Source of the DNA: a virus
Taxonomy: Duplodnaviria; Caudoviricetes
Length of the DNA stretch: 52,632 nucleotides
IMG/VR virus record: IMGVR_UViG_3300006162_000018
Span: 1-52,632 of that record
Direction: 5' to 3' (one strand)
The notes beneath the pieces are model-generated. The model saw only the letters and a program-made list of their open reading frames with translations. It did not search any database and had not been told where the DNA came from. A program made the position numbers and the translations under genes. This document shows, piece after piece, positions 7,281 to 16,232 of this stretch. The number at the start of each line of letters is the position of its first letter. Position 1 is the first letter of the stretch.

Positions 7281-7460
7281 TGCCCAATGTGCGGGGGTCG
7301 GCCCGTTTATCATCACGGCGGACGGTGGTTTGGGTGCGCTCAGTGTAAGCTTGGATACCAAGTGGCGGATTACGATGGCGATCTTGGTCTTGTAGAGGCG
7401 TGCTGGGATCGTCGTGTCGCACATTTGTCTATTGACAGCGCCCCGGAGGTTTCCCGGTGA
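7275..7460 (+). pseudogene. Lar-like (restriction alleviation) zinc-finger remnant
   Basis: KPCPMCGG...CAQC...WDRR pattern; no convincing start of its own. Confidence 0.55.
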
Positions 7461-7672
7461 GACGGCAGAAAGGCGCGACGGTGCGTCGGTTACAGATTGA
7501 TACGCCGGAGGCGATGGTTGCTCGGATAGACGCGTGGCGGGCTGGGTTGATTGTTCCGGCGTCGCGGGCGGCGGCGATCAACGTGTTGCTGGACCGTGCG
7601 CTGAACGAGGTCGAGGTGGATCAGGAGGCGCTACGGCAGTTCGTGGCTTCCCTACCAAGAGCAGAAGAGTGA
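7457..7672 (+). CDS. Ribbon-helix-helix DNA-binding protein
   Basis: RLQIDTPEAMVARIDAWR...SRAAAINVLLDRAL. Confidence 0.7.
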   Translation: MRRQKGATVRRLQIDTPEAMVARIDAWRAGLIVPASRAAAINVLLDRALNEVEVDQEALRQFVASLPRAEE

Positions 7673-7678
7673 GCCGGC

Positions 7679-7915
7679 ATGAACGAGATAATTGAGAGGG
7701 GCGCGATACGGCTGTTCTGGCGCGCGGAACATTTGGACCCGACTGACGAGGGCGATGTCCCGGAGAGCGAGTGGGGCGGTGATGAGTTTCCGGCGTCCCT
7801 GAGCGAGCATCGCCGGGAGTTTTGGCGGCTTTTGATGAAAGAGGCGATCCGGGCCATGCGCCAGCCGACGGAGGCGGCGCTGGGTAGTGTGATTTCCGCG
7901 AAGACAGGAGAGTGA
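7679..7915 (+). CDS. Hypothetical protein
   Basis: Compact co-oriented ORF; AIRAMRQPTEA motif common in small phage proteins. Confidence 0.65.
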   Translation: MNEIIERGAIRLFWRAEHLDPTDEGDVPESEWGGDEFPASLSEHRREFWRLLMKEAIRAMRQPTEAALGSVISAKTGE

Positions 7916-7918
7916 GCG

Positions 7919-8188
7919 ATGAGGATTTCGTGGGGTTTGGTGGCTGGTTTGGGGATGTTCGGGCTGGCGCTGGACGTGTTTGGTGGTCAGCAGCCTCCTG
8001 TGGCTGCGCCGGATGCGGTTCAGATGCAGATTGCTGCGGTGAAGCAGCGGATTGCGAATGGCGAGCATGATCTTCCGGTTTTACAGACGGAAGCGGCTGC
8101 GGCTGGGTCGTTGCTGGCGGCCGATCGCGCGGCGCTGTTGAAGTTGTGCGCGCCGGATCCGCAGCGGTGTGCGGAGGGAAAGAAATGA
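7919..8188 (+). CDS. Hypothetical membrane-anchored coiled-coil protein
   Basis: GGAG RBS; hydrophobic N-terminus then heptad-like region. Confidence 0.6.
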   Translation: MRISWGLVAGLGMFGLALDVFGGQQPPVAAPDAVQMQIAAVKQRIANGEHDLPVLQTEAAAAGSLLAADRAALLKLCAPDPQRCAEGKK

Positions 8189-8478
8189 CGATACGTTTTT
8201 ACCGGCAGCACGATACCCCGTACAGCCTCGCGTCTGGCACGGGACATGGTTTCAGGATGGCTCACTCTACGGTAGAGGAATTCCGGGAGGGTGTGGGTGA
8301 GGGGATGGACACGGTATCGGGGGCGGAGGTTCCTGCGGCGCTTGCCACGCCAGGGATGATTGACGCCGGCCTGATTGCGGCGCTGCGTTGGCTAGGTCCG
8401 GTGAGCGACGTTCAGATGGTTCGGGCTCAGGTCGAGGCGACCTGGCTGGCGATGGAGCGGGTGCGGCGCAATGGCTGA
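8185..8478 (+). CDS. Hypothetical protein
   Basis: ATGA-coupled start MTIRFY; TPGMIDAG motif. Confidence 0.6.
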   Translation: MTIRFYRQHDTPYSLASGTGHGFRMAHSTVEEFREGVGEGMDTVSGAEVPAALATPGMIDAGLIAALRWLGPVSDVQMVRAQVEATWLAMERVRRNG

Positions 8479-8746
8479 GCCGACCGAGCGAGATCGCGAG
8501 ATAGCGTGGATCTGGTTGCGGAGTCAGCCTTATATCTTCGACTCGGCTGCGGGCCATGATCTTGCCAAATCTTTCGCAGCTTGGCGCATTACCGCCCGCG
8601 AGGAGGGCCGGCGCGAGGCGGTCGAGGAATGCGCGAAGATCGCCGACGAGGTAAGACGCGAGGGCGCCGATGATGGTGTCGGGGGGGTTTGGCGATTGGC
8701 TTGCTCAGAGATTTCCCAGCGTATCAGGCACGGAGAAGTTAAATGA
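8471..8746 (+). CDS. Hypothetical protein
   Basis: Coupled ORF with EAVEECAKIAD motif seen in small phage proteins. Confidence 0.6.
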   Translation: MAEPTERDREIAWIWLRSQPYIFDSAAGHDLAKSFAAWRITAREEGRREAVEECAKIADEVRREGADDGVGGVWRLACSEISQRIRHGEVK

Positions 8747-9405
8747 AAACCTTGCTCACCTCTACCGCGCTAGCACTGGCGCTCGCGTCCACTGCGGCGC
8801 ACGCAACCTGCGTCTCGACGACAGCGATCTCGGCGCCGGATTCGAGCGCCGGCACGACCTGCTCGATCACTGCGGCGGCATCGACGGTTGATATCGTCTT
8901 CGCCTACAAGGCGGCGTCGGACATTGACTTGCTGATCAACGGCACGACGACCTTGCTGAAGAACACCGATCCGCTGGGGACCGAGGCGGTTCTGACCGGG
9001 CTCACGCCGGGGCAGACGATCGGCTTCACCTGGAAGAACATGACCACCGGGGACAGCTTTCAGGCCGGGGTTCCGGCGAGCGACGGCAAGCAGCACATCG
9101 CGGTAGAGGCGGGATACGCCGACTTTCAGACCGACCCGCCGCGCCGCTATCTGACGGCGGCGGATCTTGGCGCTGCCTATGGGGTGATGACCGGGATTGC
9201 GCCGATCGCCGACTGGACCTTTGTCGGCATGGAGGATTTGCTGACGAACCAGGCGAGCGACTTCGACTACAACGATTTGGTTTTCGGGATGCGCGGCATC
9301 GACCCGCAGGTGGTTGAGCCGGCGATGGGGCTGACGGCGTTTGTGCTGTTCGGGCTGGCGGCGTGGTTTCGTCGCGGCCGGCGCGGCAGCTTCGTCGGCT
9401 TATGA
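8743..9405 (+). CDS. Secreted protein with DUF4114-like motif and PEP-CTERM-like C-terminus
   Basis: Signal peptide ending AAHA; GMEDL...DFDYNDLVF; C-terminal VVEP + hydrophobic helix + RRGRR. Confidence 0.75.
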   Translation: MKTLLTSTALALALASTAAHATCVSTTAISAPDSSAGTTCSITAAASTVDIVFAYKAASDIDLLINGTTTLLKNTDPLGTEAVLTGLTPGQTIGFTWKNMTTGDSFQAGVPASDGKQHIAVEAGYADFQTDPPRRYLTAADLGAAYGVMTGIAPIADWTFVGMEDLLTNQASDFDYNDLVFGMRGIDPQVVEPAMGLTAFVLFGLAAWFRRGRRGSFVGL

Positions 9406-9436
9406 GAGCTTCGGCCGCCCGCATTGAGCGGCCGGG

Positions 9437-9505
9437 GGACCGGCGTCCGACACGCCGGGGCGTTTCCTCCCAGACTTGGCCGGGGCGAGAGTCCCGGCCA
9501 TTTTT
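9437..9505 (+). ncRNA. alpha-r8 (suhB/MmgR/GsrN)-like small RNA ending in an intrinsic terminator
   Basis: Hairpin CCGGCGT/ACGCCGG, single-stranded TTTCCTCCC (9463-9471), then TGGCCGGG/CCCGGCCA hairpin + TTTTT. Confidence 0.65.
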
Positions 9506-9516
9506 AGGGTGAGGTG

Positions 9517-9624
9517 ATGATGACCTATGCTGGCTTGTTTCTGCTGGGCGTTGGGCTGGGCGTCTTGGCCCCCATAATCGGCCGTTGTGTGCGGCGTGTC
9601 CCGGACTTCTACGATGAGGAGTGA
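9517..9624 (+). CDS. Small membrane protein
   Basis: Hand-translated 35 aa MMTYAGLFLLGVGLGVLAPIIGR... with GAGG RBS. Confidence 0.45.
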   Translation: MMTYAGLFLLGVGLGVLAPIIGRCVRRVPDFYDEE

Positions 9625-9783
9625 GTGCCCGTGGCAGAACGGCAAGAAGGCGCGCGAACTGACGGCGGTAGCGAAGCTGTCGGCGTTCATGATAGGCAAG
9701 GAAGAGAGCCCGCATGACGGCTGGATCGCGGTGCTGGTCGGGTTTGTGGCTGGTTTTGTGATCGGCTATCTGGTGGGCTCGTT

Positions 9784-11418
9784 TTGATTTCGGCCGCTTC
9801 CGCCACACGCGAGGAGATGCTGGAGGTTCTGCGGGCTGCGCGGGCGGTTGAGGGGCGGCGTGAGAAGGAGGATGCAGAGCGATCGCTATTGTCCTTTGTG
9901 CGGCTGATGTGGCCCGCGGTCGAGCCTGAGACGCCGTTCGTCAGTGGTTGGGTGCTGGAAGCGATTTGCGAGCATTTGGAGGCGGTGACGGCGGGGGAGA
10001 TTACCCGGCTGCTGATAAATGTGCCTCCTGGCTCTACCAAGAGTATCGTTTCGGACGTAATGTGGCCGGCGTGGGAATGGGGGCCACAGAATAGACCGCA
10101 TCTTCGCTATCTATGCTGCGCCTACGCGGCGCATCTGACGGAACGTGACAATCGGCGGTTCAAGCGGGTCATTGAGTATCCGGTATTTGTCCGGCATTGG
10201 GGCGATCGGTTTGCGCCGCAGCCCGACATGTACTCGACGACTCAGGTAGGCAACGACAAGACCGGGTGGAAGCTGGCGTCATCTGTGGGCGGGGTCGGCA
10301 CGGGCGAGCGGGCGGATCGGGTGATCATCGACGATCCGAACAATCCGCAGCAGGCAGAGTCTGAGCTGGTGATGCGGGACACGACGACGTGGTTTCGTGA
10401 AGTCATGCCGGACCGGCTGAATTCGCTGGCGAAGTCAGTGATCGTGGTCATTCAGCAGCGGACGCATGATCTCGATGTGTCGGGCACGATCTTGGATCTT
10501 GGGTTGAATTATTGCCACCTGAGTGTGCCGATGCGTTTCGACGCCAAGCGTAGAATCATGCCGACCGACATCGGCTGGATCGACCCTCGCACGATGGATG
10601 AGGATGGGCTGATCCTTGATGGTTTGCTGCCTGACGGCTCGATCGAGGAGGGATCGGATCTGGCGGGGCAGGATGGCGTGCTGGCTTGGTCTGAGCGGTT
10701 TTCCTTCGCCGATTTATTGGAACTGGAGAAAGCGAAAGGGTCCTACGCTTTTTCCGCGCAATATCAGATGCTTCCCGTACCTCGGGGGGGTGGCATCATC
10801 AAGGATATCTGGTGGCAACTATGGTCTGATGAGATGTTTCCGGAATATGGGACCTGCGTCGCTAGTTTGGATACGGCGTTTAAGCTGGGCCAGCAAAATG
10901 ATTATTCGGCACTGACGGTATGGGCGGCATTTGCGCATCCTGATACCGGGAAACCCAAGTTGATGCTTCGCGATGCATGGCGCGGTCGCGTGAATTTGAT
11001 GGATCTTGTTCGGCAGCTAATCAAGACATGTCGCGCTCATAAGGTTGACGTGCTGCTGATTGAGGATGCCGGTCGCGGCGGTGACGTTCGTGATGAGATT
11101 TACCGGTTGCTAGGGCAGCGCGATATTCGTTGCCAACTGATTCCATCGACGCGAGACAAGGTGGCGCGGCTTAATGACTGCCAACCCATTTTTGAGAATG
11201 AGGTCGTATATGCGCCGGACAAGGATTGGGCCGAAGGAGTGATTCGCGAGGTTTCGGCATTTCCGTTCGGGCGGCACGATGATTGGGTGGACACCGTCAG
11301 TCTTGCGCTGTTATATCTGCGCAAAACGGGGGTAACATTGCGGCGCGAGGAGTTCGACGAGGCGGAGACAGCCAAGCTGATGTTCAAGAAGGTTCGGAGG
11401 CCGGTTTACGATGTCTGA
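9784..11418 (+). CDS. terL: Terminase large subunit
   Basis: Walker A NVPPGSTKS, Walker B VIIDDP, IQQR coupling motif, nuclease SLDTA and FPFGRHDDWVD. Confidence 0.95.
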   Translation: MISAASATREEMLEVLRAARAVEGRREKEDAERSLLSFVRLMWPAVEPETPFVSGWVLEAICEHLEAVTAGEITRLLINVPPGSTKSIVSDVMWPAWEWGPQNRPHLRYLCCAYAAHLTERDNRRFKRVIEYPVFVRHWGDRFAPQPDMYSTTQVGNDKTGWKLASSVGGVGTGERADRVIIDDPNNPQQAESELVMRDTTTWFREVMPDRLNSLAKSVIVVIQQRTHDLDVSGTILDLGLNYCHLSVPMRFDAKRRIMPTDIGWIDPRTMDEDGLILDGLLPDGSIEEGSDLAGQDGVLAWSERFSFADLLELEKAKGSYAFSAQYQMLPVPRGGGIIKDIWWQLWSDEMFPEYGTCVASLDTAFKLGQQNDYSALTVWAAFAHPDTGKPKLMLRDAWRGRVNLMDLVRQLIKTCRAHKVDVLLIEDAGRGGDVRDEIYRLLGQRDIRCQLIPSTRDKVARLNDCQPIFENEVVYAPDKDWAEGVIREVSAFPFGRHDDWVDTVSLALLYLRKTGVTLRREEFDEAETAKLMFKKVRRPVYDV

Positions 11419-11566
11419 ATGGATCACCACGGTTTGGCGTCCTTGGTTCGAGACTTTTAAAGTGTGGAGGACATCGGATTGGGTATGCGATGTCGGGAGC
11501 CGCTGTGAAATCATGATTGGCGATCTAAGTAAGGTGAGGACCGAAGACTATGTCTAGGATCGTGGC

Positions 11567-11854
11567 ATGAATGAAACCGAGATTGCTCCGTCCTGTAGTT
11601 CGTGTCCCTGGATGCGCTATGAGGGCAACTCGATGCGCTGCTACCACGAGCCGCCGGTTGCGACTTTCCTCGGCACGATCCCGTCGCGGATGATGGGCGG
11701 TCAGCAGCAATTATTAATCGCCGGCATTTCACCGGAGGTGCATCCGGATCGGTTTTGCCGGCATCATCCACTGCTCGCCGACGGGGCCATGCCGCCGATG
11801 CGCGGCGAGGCCGTGGCATTGCCGACCCACGGTGAGAGCGAGGCGAGGAACTGA
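11567..11854 (+). CDS. Cys-rich hypothetical protein
   Basis: CxxC...CxxxPP...FC pattern. Confidence 0.65.
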   Translation: MNETEIAPSCSSCPWMRYEGNSMRCYHEPPVATFLGTIPSRMMGGQQQLLIAGISPEVHPDRFCRHHPLLADGAMPPMRGEAVALPTHGESEARN

Positions 11855-12180
11855 TGGAAGCTCTCTACAATCTGCCGAACGGCGCCAGCCAGATCGCCGA
11901 TTGGCCGGTCACGGTGACCACGGCATCGACTCAGGCGGTTCCGGTCAACGCCGCGAATAACCGGCTATCGCTGCGTTTCCACAATCCCGGCACCGTCGAT
12001 GTTTATGTCTGTCCTGATCAGACGGCTCAGGGCGTGGCTCAGCCTGCGGTCGCGGCCGGGCCGGGAATGATTTTGGTCATCGCGGGCGCCACGATCGACA
12101 TCGATTCGACTTGGCAGAATGCGTGGAACTGCATCGCGGCATCCTCGGCGGTGCTGACCGTGCTGGAAATGCTGGGATGA
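11854..12180 (+). CDS. Putative small beta-sandwich virion protein
   Basis: RLSLRFHNPG motif, similar to RTYLLLFNPA in the 36505 protein. Confidence 0.55.
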   Translation: MEALYNLPNGASQIADWPVTVTTASTQAVPVNAANNRLSLRFHNPGTVDVYVCPDQTAQGVAQPAVAAGPGMILVIAGATIDIDSTWQNAWNCIAASSAVLTVLEMLG

Positions 12181-12692
12181 TTCCGCGCGGCAATCCAGTC
12201 GTCAAGACGCCGGGCTCGGGCGATTCAAGCGACCGTGTCGCCACGACGGCATGGGTAGGTGGCGGCGGTGGCGGTGGAATTACCTCGCTGACCGGGCCGG
12301 TGACTGCCACAGGCCCCGGTGCTGCGGCCACGACGATTACCGCTGGCGCGGCTGCAACCAACGTCGGCACGCTCGGCGGAACGCTCACCGGCACGCTGCC
12401 CAATCCTGGATTTGGCCATGGGGCCGTTGTCGCGGCAGCGGGGGCCGCCACGCTCAACGCCAACGCCGGAATTATCACCTCAGAAGCGCTGGTGGGGGCG
12501 ACGACCTACACCCTGACCCTGACCAACAGCAAAATTGTCTCGACCAGCGTCGTTTTGACGACGCCTTACGATGGGGCGGTGACAGGCGTTCAGGTGACTT
12601 CGATCACGGTCTCGACCAACCAGGCGGTCATCGCCATGACGATGGCAGCGCTGACCGGTACGGTCGTGATCCCGTTCGCGGTGTTCAACTGA
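12177..12692 (+). CDS. Putative virion fibre-like protein
   Basis: TPGSGDSSDRVATTAWV and Gly/Thr-rich repeats typical of fibre proteins. Confidence 0.55.
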   Translation: MIPRGNPVVKTPGSGDSSDRVATTAWVGGGGGGGITSLTGPVTATGPGAAATTITAGAAATNVGTLGGTLTGTLPNPGFGHGAVVAAAGAATLNANAGIITSEALVGATTYTLTLTNSKIVSTSVVLTTPYDGAVTGVQVTSITVSTNQAVIAMTMAALTGTVVIPFAVFN

Positions 12693-12782
12693 TGGCTTTG
12701 GCGGAAGACCCGAGAATGATTGGCCTGGAACTCATTCTGATCGGGATCATCCTGATGGCTTCCGACCGCAGGGCGCGGTAAG

Positions 12783-13505
12783 TTGGATTACGTGGGTAAT
12801 CTCTCTGCCCTGGCCCAACTCGCGGGCGACGCCGAATACGCGACGGATGATAACTTTCTCGCGCAGTTGCCGGTATGGATTCAGCAGGGCGAGCTACGCA
12901 TCTGGCGTGACCTTGATCTGCTCTCGACCCGAGTCTATGACGCCACTGGGACACTGACCCAAAACAGTCGAATCTTCATTCTGCCGACGAGCATCGGCAC
13001 TTTCCAGGTGATCGAGACCCTTCAGGTGATTGACGAGAACGGCATTCGCCAGCCGCCGTTGGAGCCGATGTCCAAGGACTGCCTTGACATGCTCTATCCC
13101 GACGAGCACGCGGTCGGCGATGTCAGCGTACCGCTGGCTTGGGCACCGCTCAATCAGGCGCAGATATTGGTCGGGCCGGCGCCAAGCCTCAATCCGGCCG
13201 GAGCCAATTATGAAATGCTGACTTTCGGCACGCAGCGTCCGGCCTCGCTATCGGAAGCGAACACGACGACCTTCATCACCCTCAATCTGCCGGACGTGTT
13301 CATTGCCGCCGAGATGATCCAGGTGAGTGCTTGGCAGCGGCTATTTTCGGCGATGTCGGAAGATCCCGCCGCCGCCCGCGACTGGAACCAGGAATACGAG
13401 CGGCTGATGAAGGGGGCCGATGTCGAGGAGTTGCGCAAGAAGATCAGCGCCGATGGCTGGTCAACGCGCATTCCGAACCCCGTCGCGAAACCGCCGCAGA
13501 CATGA
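12783..13505 (+). CDS. Putative head-tail adaptor protein
   Basis: IQQGELRIWRDL...ILVGPAP...LPDVFIAA pattern of podovirus adaptors. Confidence 0.65.
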   Translation: MDYVGNLSALAQLAGDAEYATDDNFLAQLPVWIQQGELRIWRDLDLLSTRVYDATGTLTQNSRIFILPTSIGTFQVIETLQVIDENGIRQPPLEPMSKDCLDMLYPDEHAVGDVSVPLAWAPLNQAQILVGPAPSLNPAGANYEMLTFGTQRPASLSEANTTTFITLNLPDVFIAAEMIQVSAWQRLFSAMSEDPAAARDWNQEYERLMKGADVEELRKKISADGWSTRIPNPVAKPPQT

Positions 13506-13606
13506 TGGATTGGCGCGAGTGGATCTTGGTCGTATTTACCCTGGCGATCTGCGCTTTTGCCGTCGCAGTAGTCATGTGGCGCGCAGTTTACGGCGAGTTG
13601 TGACTA

Positions 13607-13846
13607 ATGCAATGGTGGTTTTCGTTTTGCGATTCAGCTAGGCCAAAGGGCCATCAATGGCTAGGAGTCGCAATCGTGGAGGCTCCAGATTGGTTTGCAG
13701 CCTGGAGGAAGACGCACGATCTAGGGCTAAATCCAGGCGGAGACGTGCGATTTCATCCGACCACGGGCGAACCGGATGCCCACATCGATCGGTTCTTCGA
13801 CGCTGAAGAGGCAAATGATACGTTCGACCTGGTGCAGATGATATAA
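13607..13846 (+). CDS. Hypothetical protein
   Basis: 79-aa ORF abutting the nozzle gene. Confidence 0.6.
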   Translation: MQWWFSFCDSARPKGHQWLGVAIVEAPDWFAAWRKTHDLGLNPGGDVRFHPTTGEPDAHIDRFFDAEEANDTFDLVQMI

Positions 13847-15271
13847 ATGCCGCTCACCTCGCTTAAGCTGAAACCGGGCGTTGTATCGGTTCAAACACCG
13901 ACACTCAACGAGTCCGGGTGGTCGAGCGGCTCCAATATCCGATTTTTCCAGGGTCTGCTTCAGAAAGACGCCGGCTTCGTTGACCTGTTCACCAGTCTCG
14001 GCGGCATCATCAAAGCGCTGAAGGCCTGGGCGGCTCTCTCCGGCATCAAATATCTCGGCGTTGGCTCGCAGAATGCCTTGCAGGTGTGGAACGGCTCGGT
14101 TTTGACCGATATCACGCCGAGTTTGGGCTGGATGATGCCGGCTGCGATCGTGACCCTGGACAATTGGGGCGAGTTCCTGATGGCCTGCGATCAGGGGGGG
14201 CAGATTTTCGTCTGGCAGCCAGCTATTGGCGGTCCCGCCAGTCCGATCGGCGGCCAAGCCCCCCCCCAGGTGGGGTTTATCTTTGTCGCAACGCAAGAGC
14301 AGCAACTGGTCGCCTGTGGCAGCACGAACGCGGCAACCAGCGTCTTCGATCCGATGCTCGATGCTTGGTCCGATGTCGGGAATTACGCGACCTGGACCGC
14401 AGCAACCGACAATGAGGCGGGGACTTTCCGGCTGGCGAATGGCTCGACTTTGCGCGCCGGCCTCGCGATGGTCGGGCAGAACCTTCTATGGACCGATACA
14501 GCACTCTACGCGATGTCCTACATCCAGCCGCCGTTGGTTTATGGCTTCGTGCCGCTCGGAGTGAATTGTGGCGCTGACGGTCCACATGCGATTGGCGTGC
14601 TCGCTGGCCAGATCGCATGGAAAAGCCTTAACCAGTTCTTCACCTTGGGTGCTTCGGGTCCGGTCGCGATCGAATGCCCGGTGTGGGATCAGGTGTTTCC
14701 AAACCAGGACCCGGCAAATCTCATCAATACGGTATGCCAGACCGATAGCCTCTATGGCGAGATCGGCTGGATGGTGTTGCAGCTCTCGGGCGAGTACGTA
14801 TTTGCGCGCGCCAATCTGGCGACGGGCGCATGGACCGCCGATATTTACCATCCGCACACCGCCTGGATCGATCAGAATGTCTTCGGTGCACCGATCGGCG
14901 GCCACAGCACTGGATTGGTCGATCAGCACGATATCGGCTACGACGCCAACGGTGCCGCCGCTTCCTGGAGCGCCACGACCGGGATCATGATGATCGCCGA
15001 AGGCGAGGAGACAACCTTTGTGCGCGACTTCATCCCGGATATCGCCGCACAGGGCACCAGCCCGACGATCGAATGGACTTTCTTCTTCTACGACTATCCG
15101 AATAAGCCGCCGCGGGTGCATGGTCCGTTCACGACCACGCAGGCAACGCCGATCATCCATCCTCGCGGCCGCGGCCGCGGATTCCAGATCCAGATCGCCG
15201 GCAATGACCTCGGCACCTTCGCCCGCCTCGGGAATTGCCGTTACCGCGGGCAAGTAGACGGGAAACGCTGA
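13847..15271 (+). CDS. Putative tail nozzle / DNA stabilisation protein (P22 gp10-like)
   Basis: Beta-propeller-like, LKPGV...NIRF, LDNWGE, WSD, C-terminal PRGRGR...RLG...DGKR. Confidence 0.7.
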   Translation: MPLTSLKLKPGVVSVQTPTLNESGWSSGSNIRFFQGLLQKDAGFVDLFTSLGGIIKALKAWAALSGIKYLGVGSQNALQVWNGSVLTDITPSLGWMMPAAIVTLDNWGEFLMACDQGGQIFVWQPAIGGPASPIGGQAPPQVGFIFVATQEQQLVACGSTNAATSVFDPMLDAWSDVGNYATWTAATDNEAGTFRLANGSTLRAGLAMVGQNLLWTDTALYAMSYIQPPLVYGFVPLGVNCGADGPHAIGVLAGQIAWKSLNQFFTLGASGPVAIECPVWDQVFPNQDPANLINTVCQTDSLYGEIGWMVLQLSGEYVFARANLATGAWTADIYHPHTAWIDQNVFGAPIGGHSTGLVDQHDIGYDANGAAASWSATTGIMMIAEGEETTFVRDFIPDIAAQGTSPTIEWTFFFYDYPNKPPRVHGPFTTTQATPIIHPRGRGRGFQIQIAGNDLGTFARLGNCRYRGQVDGKR

Positions 15272-15567
15272 TGTCTTATGCCTTAGCCAAAGAACTAGGC
15301 GATTCGACCGCGATCAAGGCTGCATTCGATAAGAACCCGGCGGCCATGCGCCCATTGATCGAGCGAGAAATCGAGGCGCATCAACCGCTCATCATGCGCG
15401 ATTACGTTGCTCGCGAGTATATTATGATGCTGTGCGATATCATTGGTAAGCGAAGCGGCAATCTGCATGGTCTGCACGACATAGAGATGCAAGCAGCACT
15501 TAGGAAATCTGGCCTAAGCCGAGAAAAGATCCTCGAAAACATTCAAGTAGAGCTAAAAAAGGCATGA
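15271..15567 (+). CDS. Hypothetical protein
   Basis: Coupled to both neighbours. Confidence 0.55.
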   Translation: MSYALAKELGDSTAIKAAFDKNPAAMRPLIEREIEAHQPLIMRDYVAREYIMMLCDIIGKRSGNLHGLHDIEMQAALRKSGLSREKILENIQVELKKA

Positions 15568-16187
15568 GTGGCGTCGGCGGCGGCGTTTTTCAGCAGCTCG
15601 CCACCCAACTCAACCTGATTGCGCAGAATCTTGGCCGTCTGGTCACTCAGACGGCACTCCAGGTGGTGATTCCGATCACTCAAGGAGGCACCGGAGCGAC
15701 TACGGCCTCCGGTGCGCGCGACAATCTCGGGATTGTCGTCGGCAGCGCCACGCCAAACCATCTTGCGGCGTTCGATACACCTAACTCGTTCCAGGACGGC
15801 GGTGTCGGCGGCAGCTATCAGGTGGGAGAACTGATTGGGGCGGATTTCGATATCACCGGCGATCAGACGATTATCCTGACTTTGCCGCCCGGCGTCAGCG
15901 TGTGGGTGCTCGACGCTGTGGTGGCGACAAATGCGTCGATTCCGCTTACCTCTGCCGTCGGCGGCATCTATGTCGGCCCCGGCAAGACCGGACTTCAAGT
16001 TGTTGCTGCATCGCAACATTATTCAGCGCTTACAACGAATGCGCCAAACGTCGCCGGTGGCCTGCTGTTCCTGACGATTGAGCAATCGGCGACACTTACG
16101 GTCTCCGCGTTGTTCTTTTCCTTGACCACGCCACAAGGGGTTGCGGCGACAGCCGATTTGCGCGTATATGCGAGGCCGCTTTTCTGA
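15564..16187 (+). CDS. Putative tail-associated structural protein
   Basis: PITQGGTGATTASGARDNLG fibre repeat. Confidence 0.6.
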   Translation: MSGVGGGVFQQLATQLNLIAQNLGRLVTQTALQVVIPITQGGTGATTASGARDNLGIVVGSATPNHLAAFDTPNSFQDGGVGGSYQVGELIGADFDITGDQTIILTLPPGVSVWVLDAVVATNASIPLTSAVGGIYVGPGKTGLQVVAASQHYSALTTNAPNVAGGLLFLTIEQSATLTVSALFFSLTTPQGVAATADLRVYARPLF

Positions 16188-16232
16188 GGAGTCAAGCAGA
16201 TTCCGCTCACGCCGGGCAATAGCCGTGGAATC

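Noticed and set aside
16188-16205. GGAGTCAAGCAGATTCCG as another copy of the element TIR
   Set aside because: Only 9 bp match, no partner end or target duplication.
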